Positions 51,221 through 64,000 of a stretch of DNA of 64,000 nucleotides are shown in pieces. This DNA comes from Marsupella aquatica (lineage: Eukaryota; Plantae; Marchantiophyta): NCBI GenBank assembly GCA_973895155.1, contig OZ316892.1:29580932-29644931 (forward strand). The letters run 5' to 3'. The notes under the pieces were generated by a model, which searched no databases, was not told where the DNA came from, and saw nothing but the letters and a program-made list of their open reading frames with translations. The position numbers and the translations under genes were made by a program. The stretch's first letter is position 1; the number at the start of each line of letters is the position of its first letter.

Positions 51221-54200
51221 CTAGTCTAAGATTTCAGTCTCATTGCTATGTTCAAATTTCCGAGAACAGTCCCAGGATTCTATCCATCGACCAAAGGCAG
51301 TTCTTAAATGGATTTTCCTCCTTACCCTCCGGATTTTCCCTGTGACCCGCGCAAAAGTAAATCCCCTTTGGAGAAGAACAGATGTTGCATCATACATTTT
51401 CCTGACCCACTGAGATCTAGGAAAAACAATCCCCAACAACCGAATAAACAGCAAGAGAAAACCTATCAAACAAATGGCACCACCTATGGAAGTTGTGATA
51501 ATTGTCAAATTTCCTCCAAGTGATGATATACCATTAGCACTTATCACAACAATAGAACCTGCAGCAAAAGCTAAGAGTATACAAACAATGGATGGGAAAA
51601 GGGTTGCAACTGCCAAGATGATCATCCCACACGTTTTTTCTAATTCAGCTGCCATTGGCTGTTGTGGCATTGGAAGCGCAGGAATCAGAGAAAAAGTAAT
51701 TGCAGCAATGGCTAGATAGAAGGACAGTGTATCACAAACTATAAAAATTCTCACCCATATGTACTTGGCTTGTATTTGATTAGGCCCACCTTCACTACTA
51801 TAGCCAAGTGGGGGTTGCAATGGTCCCACATATGATGCTGTTGCTACCAATGTTGCCATGACTGAAATTGCATTTGTAGCAAAGCTCATGGCATTTTGAC
51901 TTGCACTAAACTCCTTCAATTGCCTGCCATACCACCATGAAAGGAAGTCCTTGTGGGTGCTCAAGCTACCTCTTGGGTACGGAGCTTGCCCATTCTTGTC
52001 GACCTTGAAGATGTCACATCCACACTGCAACAAAAGATTGATGCATCCTTGTCGCTCAACAATGGTACTCTCATATGCTGGAGGCCCCAGATAATTTGGG
52101 CTAATGTACTTGACATTCACAAAGTCAAGTAAATGACCCTTAATTGTGAGATCTTTGGGGTCCAGGGCAGCATGAAGAACAGTACGTTTTGAGTTGTCTT
52201 CAATGTATGGATCACATATTTTGGACTCTAGAAAAGCTTTCAAGAGCTCATAGTTACCAGAACTTGCAGCAACATGAATGGTTGGCAAATCAAGACGAAA
52301 ATTTGAAGATCCTTCACGTGGCCGTTCTCCGGCTAGCCATCCATACAGAGAATTTCTCCCCCGGCCAGGATTTTGATGTCGTTTCAAGAGTCGAAGCCAT
52401 CCATACTTAGAACTTCTTCCCCCTTCAGAATTTTGCACTCTTTTTTGGAGGCCCTGTTCAGCAGACTAGAGCACAAGATCCTACAAGTTCATTATTACAT
52501 TCAGCATGGATAAAAACTTCAGGAATGATAGCACTAAACTTTAGACCCTGTTTATGGTTTTAATTGAATGACAACATCCGAACATGAAAGAATTGCAAAG
52601 AATGCGCCATTTGCCACTGGTCACAGAGCCCCAAAATTATCAACGATAATAACTTGAAAGAGCAATCAAGGTCCCTCACAATTGCAATAACCAAGAGTGG
52701 ATAAAGGTCTGGTACTCACATGAAGTAGTCGTTTCACCATCTCCAGTTGGCCTCTCAGAGTCGCAAGCTCTAACGTATCTAAGCCGCCATATATCGACCA
52801 ACGGAAGGGAGCATCTTGTGGGGAGAATGTCTCCCTTCCGTAATAGATTAATTCGCTCTCGTGCATAATTGCGCTGTGGAGAGGGGTTGTAAGATAAATT
52901 TCTCTCGTCCATCCAAAGCCGTTTTCTGCAGAGACATCATTCGAATCAAGAACCACATCTATCCCTAGCCGTTGCAAACAGAGAACGGGATCCTCCATTG
53001 GCTGTTGCCAAAGCGTTCTGTAATAAGCGTAGGTATATGTTTTCAGTTCCAATAATTCGGGATGATCTCTTTCATGCTCAGAGTACGCGTTGGCCAACCG
53101 CTTGTGCATATCTATGAGCTCCGTACCCCGGTAGCCTAGTACGATTTGTCGGTGCCAAACCGTTCGTCCTAAACCATCAGGTAGCTTCATTGCAAATTCA
53201 AAGACTCTTAGTTGATCGCTCAGTGGGAAATTGCAGTATAGCTCCTCGAAAGCTTCTACTGACCTCGTATCCATGGCAACATGGAATGGGGTTCTCCCCT
53301 GCGCATCATGGAGCTTCAAGAGCGACTGCCAAAGAGGGTCTTCCCCTGGTGGAGTCTGGTACTCCCAAACCTGCCGCCACAAGCACTTTAGAATGAGCTC
53401 TGCTTCTCTCGAAGGGCCCCATCGGTCACCCTGACGTCGGATGGTGAACAGAAAGTGAAAAAGGTACTCTGATACTCGCTCTTTCCAGAGATCAAAATCC
53501 CAGAAGAGAAAATTGAATTCTCGGTCGTTCCTCCCCGCATCGAAGATACTTTGGCAGACTCTCAGAGAACGACAGTCTCCTTTGATGCTCTCAACAACTC
53601 CTTCCGTGATTTTCCTAAGTTGGTCCCTGTGGCGGTCAATCAGGGAAACGCTCCGTGTCTTGGTTAAGAGTAAAGCGAGGACATCAAGGTTTCCGTTTAC
53701 TAGTGCCACTGCCCGTGCGTCCAATTCGCGAGCGGGACCAGAGTACAAATACTTTGCACGTAACAGTTCATCAAAGTCGAGGACTGGGATTTCGTCAACT
53801 TCGCTATCCAGCAAGGCAAGATCATTGCTCAAGCTTAAAAGATTGCTACTAGTACCTTTGTCCGGTGCCACGCGGATAGCATCATCTTCAGAATGAAAGG
53901 AATTAGCGCCGCTGTTTTCGATCTTACTGTCTGCCTTGGTGTGAAACTCATCTGGGGCTCCTGTGGATGCGTCTTCGTTGCCACTTGAAGCACTGATTCC
54001 TTCGTCTGTTGAAACCTCGACACTTTGCTTATCCTTTTCTGACCTGCCACCGAGGTTCTCTTCTCCCCTATACAACTTGACAACTTGCTCCACGATTTCG
54101 ATGCATCCTCTGCTTACACCCAGATGAAGCACAGCTAACGCCCGCTCTTTCAAGAGGCTCGAATCGTCTTTCAAGAGCCGCATGACCTTAATACAATCGC

Positions 54201-54567
54201 CAGCCAAGTCCTTGAGTTCTGCGTCAAGTTCGTCTTTCAGCGAGTTACCACCGGTGCGTTCTTCCGGATCTGGATGAAGCACAGCTGCCCGCCGGTCGTT
54301 CAAGAGGCTAGAATCCTCTTTCAAGGGCCGCATGATCTCGAGGAGACAATCGCCATCCCAGTCCTTAAGTTTGGTATCCATTTCGTCCTTCAGCGCCATG
54401 AATTCTGTAGAATTGGAGTGGAAGAGTTGCGTGTTGTGAGGAGAGGGCTCACTTGGGACCCCTTGGTACCGTTCGGCTCTCGTCGCATAGGACAGTAGCA
54501 GCTGACAGGGTAGAGACGGGGAATGCAGCTCATCAGGTGGGTCAATGTCGAATTCAACACAGCACAT
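51221..54567 (-). CDS. Ankyrin-repeat transmembrane protein with PGG domain (ACD6/ITN1-like). Exons about 54400(or 54567)-52720 and 52465-51221
   Basis: Ankyrin motifs GRTPFHVAM, TTPLHSAI, TLELATLRGQLEMVKRLL, TIHVAASSGNYELLKAFL, RTVLHAAL; PGG-type ISVMATLVATASYVGPLQPPLG followed by TM helices. GTGAGT donor at 52719, tag acceptor at 52466; start codon uncertain. Confidence 0.85.
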
Positions 54568-54579
54568 TCCTCCTGGCTT

Positions 54580-55180
54580 CTTCAGTCCTTCGGTTGCATC
54601 AATTGATGTGTTACCTCTGGAGACTGAACTCCTTCCCTATCCATTTCCGACTTATCACCGAGGGTGTCATCTCCCGTGTAGAACTTGAGAATTTGCTCCA
54701 CGATTTCTCCGCAGCCTCTGCTTACACCCAGATAGAGCACAGCAAACGCCCGGTCCTTTAGAAAGCTCGTATCGGCTTTCAAGAGCCGCATGACCTTCAT
54801 ACAATCGCCAGCCAAGTCCTTGAGTTTGGCGTCAAGTTCGTCCTTCAGCTAGTTACCACCGGTTGGTTGTGCAGCCAGATGAAGCATAGCTGCCCGCCGG
54901 TCGTTCAAGAGGCTCGAGTCCTCTTTCAAGGGCCGCATGATCTCGAGGCGACAATTGCCATCCCAGTCCTTGTATTCAGGTGTCCATTTCCTCCTTCAGC
55001 GCCTCACGACCCGCGCGTTCTACAGGAGCTGCCAGGAATTTCGCAAGAAACGGATTGGAAGAAACTGGTATGTGGCGAGGAGAGGGTCGCTTCTGAACCC
55101 TTTGCACCGTTGACTTCGGCTCTTGCCGCATAGGAGAGTGGCAGCTGGAGGCAAGTCTAAGACAGGGCAGAGACGGGGAA
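54580..55180 (-). pseudogene. Tandem degenerate duplicate of the ankyrin/PGG gene 5' region
   Basis: LKDELDAKLKDLAGDCMKVMRLLKADTSFLKDRAFAVLYLGVSRGC matches 54070-54250. In-frame TAG near 54850 and a frameshift near 54975. Confidence 0.75.
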
Positions 55181-55544
55181 ATTGGAGCTTGTGAGACTCG
55201 TTTGAGAAGCAGGCCGTCTGTGTTATCTGTACCGCTGGACCCGGCGAGCCACAGTTCTATTGTCGTTTTACTGGAGAATGTGTTCCAGTCAGAGACAATC
55301 TTGTAGGCGGCAGTTCTAATGTCGTTTTACTGTAAAATATGTTCCAGTCAGAGACAATCTTGTAATCCTGCGTATTGCGAGTTCATGTGCATACTGCAAG
55401 TTCATGTACAATCTTGTAGTCCTTCATACTGCTAGGCTCGTTCACTGAACCATTTACTGCTCTTGTACTCTGGGAGATTGGCTACTAGCCATCTGGTGCC
55501 TAAATTCTTGTTCGTTTTAAAATGCGGTCCAATGAGTGTTGGTA

Positions 55545-55925
55545 TTGGTTCTTGTCTATGACGTGCCGAAATTCCTGTCCAGTGGACATTGAACATTTCA
55601 ACACGGTCATTTCTTCAACCGTGCAAAATCCTATCCAGGCTGCGTTGTTGTGCAGTGTCTCTTTTTTAATCCCATTGGTTCTTGTCTATGACGTGCCGAA
55701 ATTCGTGCCCGTGAGAACTTAACATTTCAACTGTCCAGTGAGAACATTTCAATTGTCCAGTGAGAACTTAACATTTCAATCGTCCAGTGAGAACATTTCA
55801 ATTGTCCAGTGAGAACTTAACATTTCAACTGTCCAGTGAGAACTTAACATTTCGACACGGTCATTTCTTCAACCGTGCAAAATCCTGGCCGCGTTGTTGT
55901 GAAGTGTCTCTTTTTTAAATCCCGG
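55545..55925. repeat. Local duplication with an expanded minisatellite (tccagtgagaac(ttaac)atttcaa, 21-27-bp units)
   Basis: ttggttcttgtctatgacgtgccgaaatt...acacggtcatttcttcaaccgtgcaaaatcct occurs twice; the second copy holds about 6 units. Confidence 0.8.
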
Positions 55926-57103
55926 AATATGTTTCTTATTAAACAAAAAAACTCAGAAAGGGTACAAAGCTCGATCAGAACCCGTTGTGCAGTTTTAGTT
56001 TTCCCTCTGTTGGCTCTCACACGTTGGTACAGTCTAATAAACACCTCAGACTCTCCCAGGAAAAAGAAATCACTTGAAGCAACCTGTTCAATTCGCACGA
56101 GATCAGATTGAGTGATCGAGGAACTCGTATATTTTGTGCGCGCTACAAGACTTTAGGGCCGCCTAAGTATGAATGTATGATGAGAAGGCCTTGAATGAGG
56201 GGTCTACGAAATTTGCATATGAGAATAATTTGTGATGCTTGTCCCACTTGAGCCCTGATCCACAGGGTGAGTGAGAAGCACTTTATGGATCTTGACTCAG
56301 TAGTTAAGGTACGGACATAAAAAGTTATCAATTGCCAAATTCATAACTCATAACGTTTTGCCATAACTATTGGACATATATCTTGACCATAATAGAAATA
56401 TGTCAGTAGAGAAGTTTTTGAGGTCAAATAACACTACTCTTGCAGTATACTAACATCAGACTTAAATCAGTGATTCCTATGAAAACACCTTATAGAAAAT
56501 TTTCAGAAAGTAATGGTTTAGTTGGGCTCGTGATTTAATGTATTCATTGCCTGATTCTTTGTATATGTTATCTTTCAAATATTCCTGTTCCAATCATATT
56601 TTCCCCTTACAATAAGATTCATAGTTTCATTCAAAGTTTTTGGGATCACACCACAATGAGCAGATTCCCATAACTAATGTTCGTAACACTAACTCCACTA
56701 TAGGATGTACTGGTGTAGGGATTTGAACCCACCCAACTTTACTTCAGTAAATACATGTGTGGGAAGTAGCATTGCAACAAATTGGTACCAGGCCTCACAC
56801 CCTTTGTGTGTGGATGGGGGGATTGAACCTGGGACCTCTCTGTTCTAGGCTAATCTCTTGGCCAAGGGGCCAGTCTCTTGAGGGGAGGAATTCTTCAGGC
56901 TGCATAAGTGGGAGTTGGCCCCAAATTTCTCTGCTTGACTTTCCGCCTTGTTTGGCCCTTTGGTCTTCCTGGGGATTTTCACTTGTTTTACCTCTATTGT
57001 TACACTGGTTTTAACCCACTTTATTGAGTCTCCTGCATTTGGGATACAAATAAAACTGATAATGAGTTTCATTCAGATCAAAATTAAACATTTTTTTTCT
57101 TAA

Positions 57104-57410
57104 CGACATCTTTGGTGTAATGCATGGGTATTTTTCCTCAACGATGTCTTGGCCGACATGACATCTTTTCCCTCAATGACGTCTTTGCTGAAACGACATC
57201 TTGGCCGACATGACAATTTTTTTCTTGATGACATCTTGGCTGACAAGACATCTTCTTTTCTCAATGACTTCTTTTCTCTCAACGACCTCTTGGCCGACAG
57301 GACATCTTTTCTCTCCACGACCTCTTGGCCGACAAGACATCTTTTCTCTCCACGACCTCTTGGCCGACACAACATTTTGTTTCTCAATGACATCTTGGCC
57401 GACATGACTT
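57104..57410. repeat. Degenerate minisatellite of about 33-36 bp (tcttggccgacatgacatcttttt...ctcaatgac), about 8-9 units
   Basis: cttggc(c/t)gaca recurs at about 57148, 57200, 57235, 57289, 57323, 57359 and 57394. Confidence 0.8.
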
Positions 57411-57701
57411 CGTTTGTGCAACGCACGGGTATTGAGCTAGTTGGTCTAATAACAGATTTAATGGTCATAATGTGACACTTAGTAAGTGGCAATATTTTTC
57501 TAAATGGAGGCTTCTCTCCTGGCCACCTGCCAAAAATGTGATAGGAAACACTGCCCCCATGCCAAGTGGCCCTCATACTGTATTAAGGACGGGTTGGAAT
57601 CTAACTAGAGTTAGTCTGCCCAACTGTACGAATGGCTTTCTCTGAACCCTACAGTACATTACAGGACACTCTAATGCTAAAGCAACTTACAGTCCTTCCC
57701 G

Positions 57702-57710
57702 AAACCCTAA
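57702..57710 (+). promoter_or_regulatory. Telobox upstream of RPL8
   Basis: AAACCCTAA about 150 nt upstream of the ATG; an established element of plant ribosomal-protein promoters. Confidence 0.65.
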
Positions 57711-57859
57711 CTAAGGGCTGTCTCGTTGCTTTTCCAGTGAGCGCTATAGATCGAGCTCCAAAGCTCGAGCTCGCTCTTTGGGCCTCAGCCGACGACGAAA
57801 CCCTCAATTCTCTCGTGGAAAGATCGGAAATCTGCAGGCGAGGAGGCCGAATCGAAGAC

Positions 57860-58980
<1,121 letters not shown>

Positions 58981-61250
58981 GAGCGCCAATTTTTGACACC
59001 GTAGTATATATTTAGGTGAGATTTTGCAAGTTCGCACCTAAGGCAAATCAGTCTGTAAGTTTTTATACATTGTCTTAATTACATTTTTGCCCATGATGGA
59101 TATTTTCTCTCTCATCTGAAGGAGAAAGTGCATTGGAACTGTTTCGTGTGCTCCCTTTCGGTAATTCGGCGTCAGAACTCGCGTGGCCTTCTGAATTGAC
59201 GTCAATTTTGGTCCCAATATTACTAAAATTACTCGATACAGTAAATGTATACTCAATCGAAAAGGACGGCCAACACGTGGGTTTTTCGTTAATTTAAGCT
59301 TCCCTGTATAATGACAAGAGGAGACACAAAGAGGGAAAGCTTACCTGTTTTCAATGAACACCCGAGGGATCCTGCCTTGTCAGCACAGGTGACCGTTATT
59401 CAGTCTTATATTGCGTAGAAGTTTGAAGAAAGAAGATGTCTTCGGTGGAGACTGGAACAGGGGCAGGATTTCACTGTCAACTTGCTCACTGAGTATGCAT
59501 CCCAGCAGGCTGTGGGTTTTCTACGAGGCAATCGAAGAGAATAAATGGATGGATGATTAGTGTCATTACCTCCTCACTTCAGCGATAGTATGTCTAGACA
59601 TGAGTGAAGATTTCGATTGAAGATCTTTTATTTTGCTTTCCCTTCAGTCCTTCGAGAAGCTTGTTGTACCAAAGAATGGTTCTTTGCGTCCAAATGTTTT
59701 ACATTTTGTTTCTTATTTTGACGTAAGTTGAGGTTAACTCGTTACCTACTGTTTGGTTTGGGGTTTTCTCAAGGCTCCTTACCTTTACACATATATTGTA
59801 ATTTTCAGTAAATCCTCGTTAAACGGGACTGCTCCTTTTGCCGTGGTCCAGGAGAGTTATTATCTTCAGCTGTTCACATGTAGTCGACTCCGACTTCATA
59901 GTTCCCTCAGTTTCTGGTTGCTTAAGACTGAGGTTGAGCTCTAGTGACTTCCTTGAGTTGTTCTTTTTAGTAATTGTAGACCTTTGTTGGCAGAAACGAA
60001 GTGGAAAGTGCAGAGATCATGGGAAGTTGTCGAGGGCAATCACATTATTGCCTTTCTGTAAGCTTGCTTCTGGTTTTAGCTGGCGTTTCGGCAGTGATAG
60101 TCTCAACGAACCTTCTGTACCGCTTACAATTACTGTCAAAGTTCACTTGTATGACACGATCGATTATCATGGTGATTAGAGGAGGAATTAGAGTTTCTTG
60201 TCAATCGCTACTGGTAAACTTACTGTACCGTGGTGTTATGACAACTTTTCCCTCGAATCGCGGTATTAGCATATGAAAGACCTCAGTTGTGCCCTGAGTA
60301 CGACCACTGTGCAAAAGTGAGCTCGTGAGTTGCTTATGACGGAGTCACCAGTCAAAAAATACTCACCCTAACCACACGGGACTGAATATCACTGTTTTGT
60401 AAACTAGTGTTTACCTTTCCGAGAAATGAAAGGAAGCATGGGTTAAACTCTGAGTGAAGTCGAGTGTAATCACAGTCTGGTAAACGAGTGCGAAAATTTC
60501 AGAGAAATGAAGGATGCATGTGTTGAAGTCAAGAAAAGACGAGGGTTAACAAAGCGAATTGTTGCATCAGGGAATCACATTTTGCCCATAGACGTCAAAC
60601 CCTGATCCCATCTCACCAAGTGATCTGGTCAGTATAAGTAACTCCACAAATTTAACTTCAAATGGAGATTACCTTCTTCATTCCTGTGACAATGTATGTA
60701 GATCTCCTTCATCGATGCATATACTTCACCGGAATGCCCTTGCCACATGGCACGAAGCTAGACAGACACATAACGTTTTTAACTGCGCACTATGTGGCTC
60801 ATAATACTATCTAAAGTATGATGCTTGTAAGGCGCCACAATCTAACTCTTGGTGATTAAATTTTCAGTCTAAACTATGCAACTTTCGAAGGAAGGCGTCC
60901 CAAGCTCTATATGATCGTTTGTTTTATTTCTCGGATAGAAGATGTTCGTGGGAAACTGTCTCATTGCTGTGAGAGTGCATATGTCCTCTCCATCTAACTG
61001 TCCATTTCTAGCCCTTCGTTATTAACGGGTGCTGGCTTGTGGGCTTAAAACTCTTTTATAACGACCGGAGTCGCATCCACGGGCCGATTGTAGACAGCAG
61101 GAGTTGTAACTAGAGTAAATTACACCACTAATAAAGCGTCTGCAAGAGACGAAATAAAACCCACCTGTGCTGTTCGTGGGGCTGTACAGGAGTTCTATGC
61201 CAAACTGACCATAAAAGACACAGGCAGAAAGAGAAATTGGGGAGTTCATA

Positions 61251-61397
61251 ACGAACGCCGCCACAGATTAAATTCATAAGATCTTCACATTACTTAAAGA
61301 CGGGACTGGGCAACAGAAAGACACATTGGGGAGAATGACGAACGCCACAGAGTAAATTCCTAAGATCTTCACATTACTTAAAGACGGGACTTGGCAG
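61251..61397. repeat. Two-copy tandem repeat of about 85 bp
   Basis: gaacgcc...taaattc.taagatcttcacattacttaaagacgggact occurs twice. Confidence 0.7.
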
Positions 61398-61510
61398 GAC
61401 GACGTAGTTTTCCTATGATGCCTTGAAAAGCTATTTCGGAAACAGAAAATGGACAAATAAATGGGGACTGACACTGAAATATGATGACATGATGACTGCA
61501 AAACCACGGA

Positions 61511-61547
61511 AGAGAAGAGAAGAGAAGAGAAGAGAAGAGAAGAGAAG
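61511..61547. repeat. (AGAGA)n microsatellite, likely in the 5' UTR of the ARM gene
   Basis: agagaagagaagagaagaga run. Confidence 0.8.
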
Positions 61548-62050
61548 GCTATGGTCCGTCCAGATTACTCAAGTATCACGTCGCGTTCAGCCCTGTATAC
61601 CAAACTCTATGGATTGGCACTTCGTCAATCGTTCATTTCAGGTAACTGAACCATGTCTTTGGTGCTTCAGCTTCTAGCTTACTGTACTGACTCGAATTTC
61701 GTCTGCTGGGATTTCGTGATTCCCAAGAGGGAGATAGTTAACCGGTTTGCATTCCTTAAGCAGCCACGGGAAACTACTTCGCTACGGCTTGGTTGACTAG
61801 AACGGCTTATGAGCAATGAAATGAATCGGATCGCATGAGAAATTATTAATCTAAAGCAGTGCTGAGTACATTGGTGTCAGATGCCGTCAGCTACTGTGAT
61901 TCTCTGATTACTCTTCCAAATTGATCCGATAGCAGCAGTATGGAGAGTAGCTTTCTCACTTGTAGATTGTGTTTCGGTTGAGTGAAATAAAGCTCGCGTG
62001 AACGTTCTCATTTTGCTGCTCATCATTTCTGAGTGTGATAATTGGTCAGA

Positions 62051-64000
62051 ATGGAGACAAACCGCATGAAATTATGGCAGGAGTTCGAAGCGAGAAAACT
62101 GACTTCATGGCTGGAGTTCATATCTGGAGAGTCGAAAGTAATAATCTGCTTGATCTATGCTTGCAAAGGACCTGTTCCAGAAGAGGTACTGGGACTTTTG
62201 TATGCAGCTGCAAACCTTTCAAAGGATTTTCTCTTGTCAATGCATGACTTATCTCCCCTTTATGGAAACTACCTTACGCAGACTATTAGTACGGTTGCAC
62301 CCTGGACAGATGACGCGCGGGGTCGTTTTAATCCGGGAGACTTTAGAGCATGGTCTCTTTCGTCTCCGTTAAGGGACTACATGGACATGAATATGGCTGG
62401 TCATGGGACCATTCGGTCTCTACTCAACACTTTGCTTCGTGTTCACGAGCGAAGTGATCAATACAACCGGGACTCCCAAACAGAAGCCTTTGACTGCGAG
62501 AGGACGAAGGTGGTGACTGCTCTTCGTGCTTTATACTTCGACCAGACTCATAGGGACGAGGCTGTGCGGGATGCGGGAACTCGGGCAGCGACCGCATGCT
62601 CGCGAATCGAATCAAACGATAGTAGATATGAATGTAGGAGAGCAATTGAGCCAATAATCTGGTTACTGCATCAGTCACTAAAGGATGACGGCGAAATGAC
62701 AGTATTACAACTCCGCTCGGTGAGACGGGTACTTCTCATTGCCCCTAAAGAGTCTTTTGCCCTTTTATGCAGACCCCGAATTATAGTTTAGTTCTACACA
62801 ATCAGCCCCTATGTCATCTACATTTTGGAATCCTCTATTACGTTGTTGTTTTCAAGTGCACCATATGACCTTTCGAAAAGCATTGTGATACAACTGAAAC
62901 AGTTTTGAAGGCATTTTTTTGTGCTGCACGTATTTCACTCACGATGATTCTTTCTGTGGCAGATATTCCTTAAGTACGTCTATGAACGCCAGCTTGATGA
63001 CTCAAACATCTCGGTTCTGTTGAGATTTGATAGTTATGCTTTAGCACCCATAGCAGCTCTCACGGCTATCCACCGCATTTACTCTGTACTTGAGACCCCT
63101 TTACTAAATGAACATCACCTTGGCTTTTTGGAGGTTCTTGGGGACCATTTGAAATCGGACGAGAATGTACACATTAGAATTCAGAAGGCCGCCTGTGATG
63201 CGCTGCTTTCTATTTCCAGTTTTTTCCGCAAGGTCGATGCGCAAGAGTCAATGGCCGTTGTTGTCAATACACCTGGTATTTTGGCTGCGTTGGAAAGCTT
63301 AATGAAAGATTCCGCTGCCTGCATCACTTCACGATCTGCAAATATACTTGCAAGAAGTGCAATTGGCGCCTTAGACGATCTTTCATGTGCCAGTGAGGAG
63401 TCAGCCAAACTCCGCATTCTAAAGGAAGACAGGATAATTACGCTCCTCGCCATAGCTTTGTGCAAGGATGACAATCCTCCTTTACAGGATATGGCAGCGA
63501 GCATTTTCGGCAATCTAACGTATGGAATGGGATACAAAGCTCTCCAAATTCTGAACGAACACGAGGAACGTCCAGCGTCTCCTTCGGAGAACCTACGATA
63601 CCAAGTGTGGTCCAAAAGGGAAGAAGGGGCTCTCTCAGGCCTTGTGAGGTTGTTGTCCAACAATAATAATCCCCAGTTGCAAAAACGGGCAGCACGGGCT
63701 TTGATGAATCTCACAGCCGGACACGGAAACGGAAGGGAAAGATTAAATATCCAAATTCTAAACCAACCCACGGCTCTTGCAGAGCTTGTGAAGTTGATTT
63801 CAAAAGATGATTATCCCAGTTTGCAAGAAGCTGCCGCAGGGTCTTTGATGAATTTAGCTTTCGGACCGGAGTCGTTGCGACTCGAAATATTGCAGGAGGA
63901 TGGAGCCATCGCAGCCCTTGTGAAGTCTTTGTCGAAGGACAGCAATCCTGGTTTGCAAGAGTATGCGGCTGCGACTTTGAATTATCTAACACACGGACGG
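62051..64000 (+). CDS. Armadillo-repeat protein with an unrecognised N-terminal domain (truncated by the window end). Exons 62051-62719 and 62963->64000
   Basis: Phase-0 join TCG|gtgaga ... ggcag|ATA TTC. Exon 2 is open to the end with ARM repeats GALSGLVRLLSNNNNPQLQKRAARALMNLT, ALAELVKLISKDDYPSLQEAAAGSLMNLAF, GAIAALVKSLSKDSNPGLQEYAAATLNYL. Confidence 0.85.

Noticed and set aside
57104-57410. CRISPR-like periodic array (also 55700-55855 and 20085-20470)
   Set aside because: Units are degenerate along their whole length with no unique spacers or cas genes, in a eukaryotic context; these are minisatellites
57632-57859. 76-aa N-terminal extension of RPL8 in the ORF track
   Set aside because: The conserved protein starts MGRVIR at 57860; the extension covers the promoter and telobox
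60001-60276. Small hydrophobic ORF (possible secreted peptide)
   Set aside because: No recognisable motif or supporting exon structure; consistent with chance
63181-63992. Minus-strand ORFs up to 196 aa (similarly those opposite PRXIIE, NDUFS6, RPL8 and pol)
   Set aside because: Antisense shadows of well-supported coding regions

Overview
Eukaryotic nuclear DNA from a land plant: GT-AG introns, plant LTR/LINE/Mutator elements, telobox. A bryophyte-type host is plausible but only inferred. Host genes supported by the sequence: two paralogous alpha/beta-hydrolases in opposite orientations (one carrying an RGG/Pro-rich repeat insert), peroxisomal-membrane monodehydroascorbate reductase (MDAR4-type), plastid peroxiredoxin IIE, complex I subunit NDUFS6 followed closely by an unannotated spliced candidate gene, an ankyrin/PGG transmembrane (ACD6-like) gene, ribosomal protein L8/uL2 and a truncated ARM-repeat gene. 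The centre (32616-50860) is a fully resolvable transposon nest. A Mutator-like TIR element (9-bp TSD) contains a Copia element (TSD ACGGG), which in turn contains a 2-kb solo LTR (TSD GTGCA) and an Athila-like Gypsy element (TSD TGTGC). The Gypsy's apparent 3' LTR is about 3.86 kb and carries protein-coding frames. All calls were made by eye; no database searches were run.
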